In this document: positions 1-11,660 of the stretch, one piece after another
Layout of the letters: every line of letters starts with the position of its first letter
Position numbering within the stretch: position 1 is the first letter of the stretch
Assembly: GCF_006345805.1 (NCBI RefSeq)
Contig: NC_043005.1
Span: 46,376,001-46,440,000, forward strand
DNA from: Octopus sinensis
Taxonomy: Eukaryota
DNA length: 64,000 nt
Reading direction: 5' to 3'
Program-made: the position numbers and the translations under genes
Notes under the pieces: generated by a model
Database searches by the model: none
The model's input: the letters and a program-made list of their open reading frames with translations, nothing else
Told to the model about the DNA's origin: nothing

Positions 1-1543
1 TGGATAATTAGCTGCCTGGGACTCAAACGGACGTAGTGGACTTGACTGTAATAAATGGCTGACTAAGTGTGTGCCAACGAACTCACTTGTCAAGTCATTA
101 TACACTGTGATACCCAATGCTGTGATTTAGTAGACAGTCATGTTAACCTTTGAACCTTGACATCCTTAAATCCTTATACTCAGTGTAAACTAGTCTGATG
201 GCCCATTTGAAAGGTCTTAAGTTGAATCAAGATTGAAACTTCGTTGAACAATGTTGCTTTTGCTTAGCCACTATAACCAACATTTCACCTTTACCAATAT
301 ATTTTATTGACTTTTATTAAAAGCTTTCTTTCCATTTTTTAGCCTTCAAAACATTTACTCGAATAGAATTCGTATTTACATTACTAAATTCCATTCCTCA
401 TGTTTACTAATGTTTTTTTTTTGTTTCGATTTATTGTTTGTATTCTGATTATTATTTGTCTGTTCTATCTTGTATTTATATGATATATATATATTTTAGC
501 AAGATAAATATTTCAGTTCAACAGTAAGTACTACAGAAACAGCAAATAACTGCAAAAGCGAGGATTAAAAAAAAAAATGAAACAGAAATTTGTAAAGGAA
601 CCAGGAAACCTTTTTCTTTTCTTTTCTTTTTTTTTTTGACATGTCAACGAAAAATAAATATTCAACAATTCACCAACACAGTCATAGTGCAACAGAAAGT
701 CTGATTCTGAAACAGGGAAATTAGCTTATTGTTATTGGAATTAATGGCAATTTTTGTATTGTTTATGAATTATTGCTGTAAAACGTTATTGCATTATGAA
801 TGCTATCGACATTGTGTACAATAATGACAACATACGTATGTATATACGTGTGCGTGTGTTGATATATATATATATATATGCGTATATATACATACACATA
901 TACATACATACATTGTCGTAAAAGTTCACGTTCTTAAAAGATTCAGTCTCTGTGAAAACTAGTTATATACAGTATAAAATTCATTGTGTTGGTGTGTGTA
1001 CCTTTATAAAATGATACAGCTCGGGGAAAAGAAAGCAAAAAAAAAAAAAAGTAAAACCTTGTTTGAGGGTGATAAGCAGCTGAGAGGAAGCGAGTTGTCG
1101 AAAAAGGGAGTTATGAAGAATGGCAGTTGATGATGGCGGTGAGTAAAGGGGAACGGAGGCAAGTGTGTGTGTGTGTGTATGTATGTGTGTGTATGGGGTT
1201 GAATGTACAAAAGAATTGGTAAATCGCTCTTTTGTAGTTTAGTTTTCCCGATTGTAACCATCTTTCTAACCCAGTAAGTTATATTTGTCAAAGCTGACAG
1301 CAAAATATTATCTACCAAGTGATGTTCATAAATTCTCCTAGAATTGAAAAAAGCTCCTTTATCTCCGTTTTTTGTTGCGTTAAGTGGATAAGAGACATAT
1401 CACCCATTCATGGATAGAACGCGGATCTATAGAATCTCATTTCTCCCTGAAACCCTGATGGTTAAAATCACATCGGAAATGATTCCGATTGCGAGACTTT
1501 TACAGCGGAAAATCAGATATATCCACCCAAGACTTACATTACT

Positions 1544-1950
1544 TATTTCTTTACTACCCACAAGGGGCTAAACACAGAGAGGACAATCACGGACAGACAA
1601 ACGGATTAAGTCGATTATATCGACCCCAGTGCGTAACTGGTACTTATTTAATCGACCCCGAAAGGATGAAAGGTAAAGTCGACCTCGGCGGAATTTGAAC
1701 TCAGAGCGTAACAGCAGACGAAATACCTATTTTTTTACTACCCACAAGAGGCTAAACACAGAGAAGACAAACACGGACAGACAAACGGATTAAGTCGATT
1801 ATATCGACCCCAGTGCGTAACTGGTACTTATTTAATCGATCCCCGAAAGGATGAAAGGCAAAGTCGACCTCGGCGAAATTTGAACTCAGAACGTAACGGC
1901 AGACGAAATACCGCAAAACATTTCGCCCGGCGTGCTAACGATTCTGCCAG
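1544..1950 (-). mobile_element. tRNA-headed SINE family A, one head plus two bodies in tandem (junction 1727/1728)
   Basis: Reverse complement reads CTGGCAGAATCGTTAGCACGCCGGGCGAAATG...GAGTTCAAATTTCGCCGAGGTCGAC (B-box-like GAGTTCAAAT). The body 1544-1727 is a second copy of the 3' part of 1728-1950. Many related copies occur in the window. Confidence 0.9.
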
Positions 1951-2667
1951 ATCGTTCCCTCAACTGCAGAAAGTTTTATATACCAGTCTGTCTTTTGTTG
2001 AGGAATGTCATGCTTGAAACTATTTTATGGTCGAGATATATCAAGTTTATTGAAGCTACGTGACTTGCAGAAAATACCATTTCTATTTTCTGGTAGTTAT
2101 TTAACATCATTACTGGACTGAGCACAAAATTTAATTTCGTACTTAAAGGGTTACGCTGGAGGAAGGATACAATATCATATCAACACTTTCATTCCATGCT
2201 TGTCAAGCAGTGATTTTTAGCTAAAATAACCGACTAGGAAGCATTAGCAAAAGTCGGTTTGTTCATGAACTGGCGACAAGTTCTGACTGGTCTATAATTT
2301 AACTCACTGACATCAGCGCTTATAAAGTGACTCTACATATGTTATCTCATTTTAGATGGTCAATACGTCAATCATTACGAAATGTTGATTTACTTCGGCC
2401 AGATACGAAGCAAAAATGTTTTTGTCCGTGTTGTTGTTGTTGTCGTTACTGTTTAACTCCAGGTAAACATTAGCATAATATCAATATCCGCATGTGTGCG
2501 TGAGCACGCACACACACACACACACACACAACACACATATATATATAATATATCTGTGTGTGTGCGAGGGAGAAAGAGAGAGAGCGTGGTAAATGTGTGT
2601 ATGTGAGTGTGCCTGTACAACTGAAAATCTCAAAAGCTTCTTGATATAGAAAAGGCATACATACATT

Positions 2668-2833
2668 GGGGCAGTTGTGGTTGTGTGGTACGAAGTTTGT
2701 TTCCCCCGTCCCACATGATTCCGGATTTAGTCCCACTGCGTGGTTCCTTGGGCAAGTGTCTTCTACTATAATCTCGGGTCGGCACTGGCTTCGTAAGTGG
2801 ATTTGGCTGACAGAAACTGAAAGAAGCCCGTAG
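2668..2833 (+). mobile_element. SINE family B, 5' half (CORE-like CCTTGGGCAAGTGTCTT)
   Basis: GTGGTTGTGTGGTA...CCACATGATTCCGGATTTAGTCCCACTGCGTGG...GGGCAAGTGTCTTCTACTATA...AACTGAAAGAAGCCCGT matches copies at 41613, 49457 and 63540. Confidence 0.85.
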
Positions 2834-3100
2834 TTTTCAGACATTAGCGTCTCCTAGCAAGCAGTTGCACACGTATACGTACGAGTTCGCCCCTAATATA
2901 TATTTTTATATATCAGTTTATAGATTGATTAATTTTACCTTAACCGGTTGATTGCATGCTAGCTACCTGATAAAGTCTAACGTAGATTTTTATCTTCAGT
3001 TTTTTTAAAAATAAAAATATATATTTTTAATATATCATTTCACCCAAACCAAAATTATTCAATGCTGAATTATACGGTTATTAACACGTGGTCGAAATAG

Positions 3101-3182
3101 ACGATACCAGATTTTTGAATTTTTATTCTGTATATAAGTACGAACAACGCATTTACGGTGCGGAGCTTTTTCTGTTCCACAG
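3101..3182 (+). other. Candidate coding exon end or recursive-type AG|GT site
   Basis: TTTTTCTGTTCCACAG|GTATGT at 3167-3188. The frame DTRFLNFYSVYKYEQRIYGAELFLFHR is open, but the upstream acceptor is weak. Confidence 0.25.
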
Positions 3183-4328
3183 GTATGTATTTTGTTCGTG
3201 TTTATGTGCATTGACCTGGTTATATTACACTGATGATAGAAAGAGGGATTACTCCTTAATCTAATGACTGAAACAAGTAAATGGTGTAGATAAAGTCATA
3301 CCTTATATTATATATTAAAAAAAAAACTGTGGCTTATCTAGTTTCTCCTTGCGGTGCATTAGTGTACCACTGTGAACTATTTAGAACTGTCGAATTAAGC
3401 AGACGAGATGTATTTTGTCCTGGATGTGACGCCAGACTACCGTATGTATCTGCTCCAACAGGAAATACTAAAACAAGGAATAAATTCCAAATAAATCCTC
3501 GGTAACTTTAGAGTGCTGCTGCTGGTTACACCGCTGAATTCTACGACACATGTGACATCCAAGGATCTAAGATGAATTAGCCATTGAAAGTCTATTATTT
3601 TGGCCTTGAAAGCAACCCTGTGTCAGGTCAGGAACTAATGAGATACAAACAGCTCACTCAAACTGCGGTGCCTTAGATACATAGTATCCGAAAGAAGATG
3701 GAAATTATTTTTGCTAATAGTCCTTTATGCAAATGTCTTCAGTCAGAATTGAGCGCAGTCTGGCAGAACATAAACAACGAATCAATACTCTGTATAGCGT
3801 TTAGTTAGCTACTGTATGGTTACTGAATATCTCATTCCTCTTATCTATCTTATTTTGTCTAAGCGTCATGCACTACCTTCCTACCTTACCCACAATGTCA
3901 ACATTAATGCAAATTTGTGAAGGACTGGAGAGAAGGCGTATTATCCAGGGATGCTTGAAAAACAAACTGTTAAGAGGAAACTAAGATATTTAAAGTAGTG
4001 AAAATAAATAAATAAAAATTTAAATTACATCAATAAGGAGAAAATGAAAACACCCATTAGCTAATGATAAATTTTGTTCTAGAAAAGCAAAGGTGACAGT
4101 TCCGAAATTTAAATTCATTAAAAATTAAATACAACATAATGTTCACCTCAAATTTTTGCTGTGCCAGTCTATATGTTGAATCTAGTCTTTCTCAGCCAAG
4201 ATATCGTTTTGAAGTCGAAACCAAAACTACAAGGCTTCCGTACGCTCGCCACCTTATAAGTGTATTTAATTATTGTTACAAGTTGTTGCTAAATAAACGC
4301 ATCAATATGTTATTAATAAGAATATACA

Positions 4329-4550
4329 AGACGGTGAGCTGGAAGAATCGTTAACACCCCGGGCAGAATATTTAGCGGCATTTCGTCCGTCTTTACGTTC
4401 TGAGTTCATATTCCACCGAGGTCAACCTCGCCTTTTGTTTTTTTTCAGGGTCGATAAAATAAGTACAAATTGAACTCTGGGGGACAATGTAATCGACTTA
4501 ATCCCTACCCCCGGATTTCAGGCTTTGTGCCTTTAGTAAAAAGAAATATT
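4329..4550 (+). mobile_element. SINE family A, diverged copy (GGCTTTGTGCCTTTAGT tail variant)
   Basis: CGGTGAGCTGGAAGAATCGTTAACACCCCGGGC...TGAGTTCATATTCCACCGAGGTCAAC...GTCGATAAAATAAGTAC. Confidence 0.85.
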
Positions 4551-4959
4551 TAAGAACATACTTACTAATTTACACACACTAAGTTCATACTTATTGTATA
4601 TATTCTCAGATACTGTAAATAAGGTAGTAATCTACCTCGAAATAAATTAAAGATGGAAGTAATCCACATGGTTCCAAGAATTGAATACGTTTTATGCTGT
4701 GAACGTGAAGTAAAGCCTAACGTTTTGAACATTAATCTATTTGTAACAATTCGTAGTTTTACTGCTAAATGTTAACACCTCTCTCTATTTTTTTTCTTTT
4801 CGATAAATGTCAGATCTCCGAAACGTCGAACTTCTGTCTTTTTTTTGCACGGCATAAAATATATTTCACTGTTTGAATCATTAGTATTACATGTTTGCTG
4901 ATGCACAGCATCGTTAGCGTTTTCTAATTCTACTATTTTACTAAATGCACATGTCAATT

Positions 4960-5288
4960 CTTACATACCGGTCAATATATAAACACAAAAACCCGAAAGA
5001 ACTATGAACTGCAGAAGCAGAAATTCAATATGCTGCGTCAAATGCCCGAATTATGAAGAGATATACGTTGGTCAGACTGGGAATAGATTATCGGAACATT
5101 CACATGTGCACCGACAACAAATTAAGTACCGTGATATCCGTCAGATCCTTTTAAGTGACCATCTGGCAACATGTGATCAGAAAAAGTTTATAATATTCTC
5201 ATTCTTTACAACTGAAAGGAAGTCGAAAGAACAAATTCAAGAAAAGAATTTTCTTGATAGATTCAAACCCGTTTTAAATGGACAATAA
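4960..5288 (+). pseudogene. Penelope-like element GIY-YIG endonuclease remnant
   Basis: ORF 5004-5288 reads ...ICCVKCPNYEEIYVGQTGNRLSEH..VHRQQI...DRFKPVLNG. The IYxxxC, YVGQTG and terminal PxLN motifs fit a PLE GIY-YIG domain. A homologous remnant lies at 47151-47440. Confidence 0.85.
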
Positions 5289-5325
5289 TAATAATAGTTA
5301 TAGCACGGTGATAATTGTAATGATG

Positions 5326-5391
<66 letters not shown>

Positions 5392-5395
<4 letters not shown>

Positions 5396-6651
5396 AGATT
5401 GCTACAATTGGCCTAGACACCTACCTGAAAAACTCTGAGGACTGGATGTTAAAACTTGTCTCAAAACATGAAAACAAGAAAGCATCATACTCAGTCACAA
5501 AACAGGCAAAGGAATATCTAAGTGAATTCCGAATACAACCAATTTCGGAATTAGAGATAGACATACAAGAACAAGCACAGGAAAAAGCTAGGCGCATGAA
5601 AACCCGTGCCAAAAACTGCGGCCTTAGATATTCTGAATAATAAATGGCAAGAAAAACCTCTCTACGGCAATACCCAAAGAGAGCGAATAATGCAGATATC
5701 GACAAAGCCCTGACCCATCAATGGCTAATGGCCTCTGGCTTAAAATCTGAAACAAAGGGGTTTATCATAGCAGCTCAAGATCAATGCCTACCAACAAGAA
5801 ACTACCAGGCAACATATAAAGATCAGAAGCAGTCCAACGTGTCGTGTATGCAAGCAACAAAATGAAACCATTGACCATGTGGTCTCTAAGTGCAGTCTTC
5901 TAGCGCCTACAGATACCTCAACAGGCACGATAGAGCTGCACAATATATTCACTGGGTAATCTGTAAAAACCTGGATTTGCCCCATGAAAAAACTGGTGGG
6001 AACACAAACCACCCCCAGTGCTTGAAAATGACCACATCTCACTCCTCTGGAACTTCACCATTCAAACTGACAGGAAGATAGATGCAAATAGGCCAGACAT
6101 CATATTGAAAGACTTCAAACAAAGAACATGCCTCCTCATTGATATGACTGTCCCAATCGATATAAACGTATGTCAGGACCTACCAAAAACTGAGCAAATA
6201 TAAAGATCTTGAAATAGAAATCAGCAAAATGTGGAAGCTGAAGACTAAAACAATACCTGTTGTCATAGGTGCCCTGGGAATGATAGCAAAAGGGGCTGAT
6301 AGCTACCTAACTCAGATACCAGGAAACCCCAAAATGGCAGAAGTTCAAAAGATAGTGCTCATGGGAACTGCTCATATCCTACGCAAAATACTCTCTATGT
6401 AACCTCAAGGTTTAAAACAACCATAATTTTCTTTTAAAGAGGAAGGGGAAAAAAAAAAAAAAAGAAAAAGGAAAAAAAAAACCCTTTTTTTTTTTTTTTT
6501 TTTAAACATTCATTAGTACAACATCCCCACCCCCCAAATATATGGCACACTAGGCATAACAACAACATGAACTTCCAACCCTGTTGTCTCTTGAGGTCTC
6601 TGGGTGAGACTTGGAGCCAACTTGTACAAATATAAGCAAAGTCAAACATAG
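5392..6651 (+). mobile_element. 5'-truncated R4/Dong-type RLE non-LTR retrotransposon in (TAA)n
   Basis: Frameshifted peptides include KSETKGFIIAAQDQ, the CCHC knuckle CRVCKQQNETIDHVVSKC (5840-5893), the RLE motif ANRPDIILKD...LLIDMTVP, and PVVIGALG...GTAHILRKILSM* (stop 6400-6402). (ATA)n lies directly upstream and (AAT)n from 6652. Confidence 0.9.
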
Positions 6652-6688
6652 AATAATAATAATAATAATAATAAGTACTACTGCTACA

Positions 6689-6721
<33 letters not shown>

Positions 6722-6816
6722 ACCGCCGCCGCCACTGCCGCCGCCACTGCTCTCTCACTCAATAATAATAATAATAATAATGATAATAATGATAATAATG
6801 ATGATGATGATAATAA

Positions 6817-6847
<31 letters not shown>

Positions 6848-6860
6848 AATGGTAGTAGTG

Positions 6861-6916
<56 letters not shown>
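6652..6916. repeat. Compound trinucleotide microsatellite (AAT)n-(GCC)n-(AAT/GAT)n-(GTA)n
   Basis: Directly visible. Confidence 0.95.
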
Positions 6917-6917
<1 letters not shown>

Positions 6918-7376
6918 AATGAATTTGTTGCAATTAAAAAAATTCTCAAAATTTATTCTTAGCCGGATATAGTACGTGTGGAAATTAATTCGGTGCCCCA
7001 ATAAATAAGTAACAAGTGAAAATAAATAAAACAAGTACAACACCAACGTCCTCTCAACTATTAGCCAGAGATGATTTTTAAAATGAGAATGTCTGAAATA
7101 AACTCGACTGCTCTCACAACCGAGAATACTAAAAATTAAACCGACCGCTCTCAAAAATTAAGTAAAAAAAAAACAAGAAAAATATTCCAGAATCCTTGTC
7201 CGGTACTGGATCGATCCCAGAATCTAATCGCTTCGTGCTAGCTAATAGGACAAACATCCCTCATAGTTTCATCCGAATCCATCCAGCGTTTCTTGAAATG
7301 TCTTGTCCACAGACATACAAACAAACAAACACGACTGAAAACAATACCTCCGCCTTCGCTAGGGCGGGGGTAATAA
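6917..7376 (+). mobile_element. Possible non-autonomous Helitron/Helentron-like element
   Basis: Ends in (ACAA)n followed by the terminal hairpin TACCTCCGCC-TTCGCTA-GGGCGGGGGTA. The 5' boundary is uncertain. Confidence 0.45.
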
Positions 7377-9215
7377 ATGAATATAAGATAATAACTCATA
7401 TTTTTGGGGAAATACTTGTTAATACTTATAGTAAACTTATTTAAAAAATAAATTGCTCATTTTCCAGAGATTCATAGTAGTTACTGGGTCGGATTAAAAA
7501 CTTGATGGGGGTGGGGGTGTTTCAAGTTTAGTGGGCCCCTCCGAGTTCTCTGGGAAACTCCAAGTTTCCCTCCCCTTCCTCTTTTCTTCTTTGCGGAAAA
7601 AAGTGGCTTGCGGCAGGTTTGGAGGTCATACGTTGAATACGCTGTAAAAAAGATCTGTAAAAAAATTATTTCACACCGCGGTACAAGCGGTTGTTTTACG
7701 AAATATTTACCGATTATTTTTCCACGTATCATGTTTCACTCTGAAGGAAGCGAAAAACGCTACAAATGCTTCAGAAAAAATATAATTACAGGAGAAATTA
7801 TGTAAAATTTGTCTCAACACACGATTTCACATAAAGAATCTTGTAAACCTAATACAAACACGTAGTATTACGGAACAGAAAAAATATTTACTCCCCTCCA
7901 TCATCACGATTAAAATTAATATTTTTGATTTTGTTCAGCTCTATAAATTTAATTTTTTTTTTAAAGTCTTCCCTCCATTGCTTGATACAAGAAAAGAAAC
8001 TTTGGAAAATCCTGACCAAAACAGAGAAGTTCTAACTTAAGAAAAATATCGAAAGAGAAAGAAAAGGTTTTGCTTTCTAAAGCCCCCACCCCGCCTCTAC
8101 CAAATCGTTTTTTGCTGAAGTGTATTAAATTTCGGAACATACGACTTATCACGTTATCTGGTGTATGGTCGCAGTTCAAATGGGCACAACACCTAAAACA
8201 AATGTGTGTGCGTGTGTGCGTGTGTGCGTGTGTGTGCGTGCGTGCGCATGTGTGGTTGGGCCTTTAATCGCCAGAGGTCAATTTAAATTCAATAGCAGAA
8301 AGGAATTCCCAACGACAACACACTCAAATACACGCAATCATATACATACAAATATACCCACACATACTCACACATACTCACACATACACAAACACATATA
8401 TTAAGCTACTCCCAAAAGCCATTTTCATCCAAAGTTTTGACCACCATTCTTTATATATATTTGCACATAAACACACACATACACACACATATTCAGCTTT
8501 ATGCTTTTATTCATTGATTTTGTTTTTCCATTTAGTCGTCTGTCACTATTCATCTGCTTTTTGTTTTTGCATTTGTCTTGAGGATTTCACTTTAGCGACA
8601 CCAGTTACACAATTTGGTGTCGCCAAAGTGGAAAAAGTGTTTTTAAAATTTTTGAAAAATTTGAAAGAAAAAGATTTGAAAGAAAAAAAATTGTATGAAA
8701 TGCCCACAACTCACCTGAGAATATTCACTCCACCCCCAAATGAAATATAAACTCTCAGCGCCCCCTTTCAACAAACACAACAGCACCCAATTTGGGAAAC
8801 ACTGCTGTAGAGTATCTCTATATGTATTAAGCGCACTGACACACACTTGGTTATTTGACTCTGCATCCTGCAATCCACATACACAATCATCTTTACAAAA
8901 TAAGAGAAAAAGATAACAATAATTCATTTGAAGTGATAAAATATGTGATGGAAGAGAAGCTGTTCCAAGAAAATGGCAGTTTCGAATATGAAGAATATGG
9001 TGGATAGCGCTGGAAATGAAGATAGGTTATCATCCATAGTATTTTATGCAGATGGCATGGTAAAACTATTTGTAGTATTACATATGCGATTACAGTGCTA
9101 GGCTATATATTTAGTCTGAAAATATTACAACGCCATATTGCATTCCAATAACCTATTTCTGTGTGTCTATTGTAGCGTTTGTGTTTTAAGTGTATGCGTG
9201 GGTATTTAAATCTGT

Positions 9216-9216
<1 letters not shown>

Positions 9217-9277
<61 letters not shown>

Positions 9278-9334
9278 GTCTATCTGTCTGTCTGTCTGTC
9301 TATCTATTTAACTATCTATCTATCTATCTATCTT

Positions 9335-9393
<59 letters not shown>
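9217..9393. repeat. (TATC)n microsatellite, 5' flank of truncated Tx1
   Basis: Directly visible. Confidence 0.95.
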
Positions 9394-10329
9394 GGCCCGG
9401 GACCTATGGACAACTTCCAGAGATCCCTGGCCTGGCGGTGCTACCGAGAAGCGCTACCCGTTCGGGGTAAGCTCTATAGGCATGGCTCGAGAAACACGGG
9501 GCCGACCTGCCCGAGATGCGGGCAGAGCGACGAAACCGCTCTGCACGCAATCGTGCAGTGTCCAGCAATTTCCCACCTGTGGGCTTATGTCGAACGACTG
9601 CTGTCACGTGTGGGACGTGTCGGTTTATCAGCCGAGTCTATCGTTAATATCGTCACGCCTCCTTCCTTCAAACGGGAAGGAAGAGCTATTTTTATCATAC
9701 TTGTAGCTATGGCGAAAGAATGTATCTGGTGGACGCGTCTGAAAGGATTAGAGACAACACTTTCCTCTCTGGTCAATCTCTCATCAACTTCTTCAAGTAT
9801 CACTTGAAGAAAAAGTGAGAGTAGAGAGGCAAGTTTTGTCTAGTGAATGTTTTAAAAAAAGATGGGTGAATGTAGCAAGGATGGCACGTATGAATGACGA
9901 AGCCACCTTGACTATGATTCTATGAACCGTAAAAATTAATACAGAGAGTTGCTTATTTGCAAAAAAAAAAAAAAAAAAAAAAAAGAAATATAACATGTGA
10001 CTTCATTGACCGAGGTTACCGTGGTCTTTTCCGTAGGCTTTTCTTTCCACGGGTAAACCTCACCTGTCCTCCCCCTTACACTTCATATTGACATTTCTGT
10101 GATAACGATCCCTATTGATCAATTTTTTTCCTCTCCCCCTTTTTTTTAACCCCCCCTTTTTTTGTCCTCCTTCTCTCCTTTTACGATCCCTTTTGATCGA
10201 CCCCCCTTTTTTATTTTATTTTTATTTTATTTTTTATTTTTTATTTTTTTTATTTTTAAACCTTCAAAAGAAGCTCTACTTGTAATTTGTTCTATCTGTG
10301 TGCAGCCCTGTGTGGCTAATAAAGAAACA

Positions 10330-10330
<1 letters not shown>
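9394..10330 (+). mobile_element. 5'-truncated copy of the Tx1-clade LINE (ORF2 C-terminus plus 3'UTR)
   Basis: Near-identical to 19669-20616. Encodes [18 protein letters not shown]...[18 protein letters not shown] and ends AATAAAGAAACAT before (ATCT)n. Confidence 0.95.
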
Positions 10331-10406
<76 letters not shown>

Positions 10407-10410
10407 GTCT
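10331..10410. repeat. (ATCT)n microsatellite, 3' flank of truncated Tx1
   Basis: Directly visible. Confidence 0.95.
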
Positions 10411-10490
10411 GTCTATCTATTTATCTGTCTGTCTCTGTCTCTGTCTATCTCTGTCTGTCTGTCTCTCTCTCTCTCACTCTATATATATAT

Positions 10491-10702
10491 AACCTCGGGC
10501 TGACCAAAGTCTTGTTAGTGGATTTGGTAAACTGAATACATGTAGGTATATATTCATGCGTGTGTGTTTATGTCTGTGTTTGTCCCAGCCACCGTCCCCG
10601 TAAGCACCGAGCTTACAAAGAATAAGTCCAAGGGTCGATTTCTCCGACTAAAAGGCGGTGCTCCAGCATGGCCACAGTCATATAGTTGTATCAAGTAAAA
10701 GG
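10491..10702 (+). mobile_element. SINE family B, internally deleted fragment
   Basis: CCTCGGGCTGACCAAAG...GTGGATTTGGTA...AAGGCGGTGCTCCAGCATGGCCACAGTC. Confidence 0.8.
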
Positions 10703-10719
10703 ATATATATGTATGTATT

Positions 10720-10811
10720 CATGTAGATATGTATATGCATGTATGTGGGTATATACATACATACACACACACATACACACACACACACACAACACACACA
10801 CACACACACAC

Positions 10812-10859
<48 letters not shown>

Positions 10860-10935
10860 CATATGTATATACATATATAAATATATATACGTGTGTGTAG
10901 GTGTGTATGTATGTATATATATGTATATATATATA

Positions 10936-10975
<40 letters not shown>

Positions 10976-11524
10976 CATACATACATGTATATATATATAT
11001 ACATGTATATATATATATACACACATACATACATACATACATACATACATACATACATACATACATACATACATACATGCGTACATGTAAATATGAAGAG
11101 AAGTGCATTTTGCGATATTTTGAGTTTATGTACTTTCCATATATTTATACCAACGCGGATATTCAGGAAGCATTTGAGACATTCGCACACACGCATACGC
11201 ATACACACACACACACACACACACACATACACACACATACACACACATGCACGCACATGCACGCACACACAAAGGCACAGACACAAAAACGAACTCACAC
11301 ACATACACACACACACATGCACGCACACACACACAAACAATTTTTGTGTGAATATGCAATGCGTACGTGCTTTTGTACGTGGGTGTGTGTGCGTGCGTAA
11401 TTTATGAAGGGACACACAAGCGAATGCATACGCTCTTGTATATAGCTTATATATATATATATATATATATAGCTTCTATATATATATATTATATATACAT
11501 ATATATACATATGCACACACATAT

Positions 11525-11570
<46 letters not shown>

Positions 11571-11660
11571 GTGTATATAAATATATATATAATATGCATA
11601 ATTGTGTCAGTATATGTGTGTGTTGTATATGTGTATATGTATGTGTGAGTGTGTTGGGGG
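10720..11660. repeat. Compound (TA)n/(CA)n/(TACA)n microsatellite field
   Basis: Directly visible; it accounts for the [12 protein letters not shown] pseudo-ORFs. Confidence 0.95.

Noticed and set aside
4329-4420. tRNA-like A/B boxes in SINE heads
   Set aside because: No complete cloverleaf, and they continue into SINE bodies; these are not tRNA genes.
8588-8805. 16-bp hairpin and a hAT-like end (TTTGGGAAACACTG)
   Set aside because: No matching second TIR or 8-bp TSD found.
10678-11648. Many long ORFs ([16 protein letters not shown], poly-I/L/T) here and throughout the window
   Set aside because: They are translations of stop-free microsatellites, with no coding signal.
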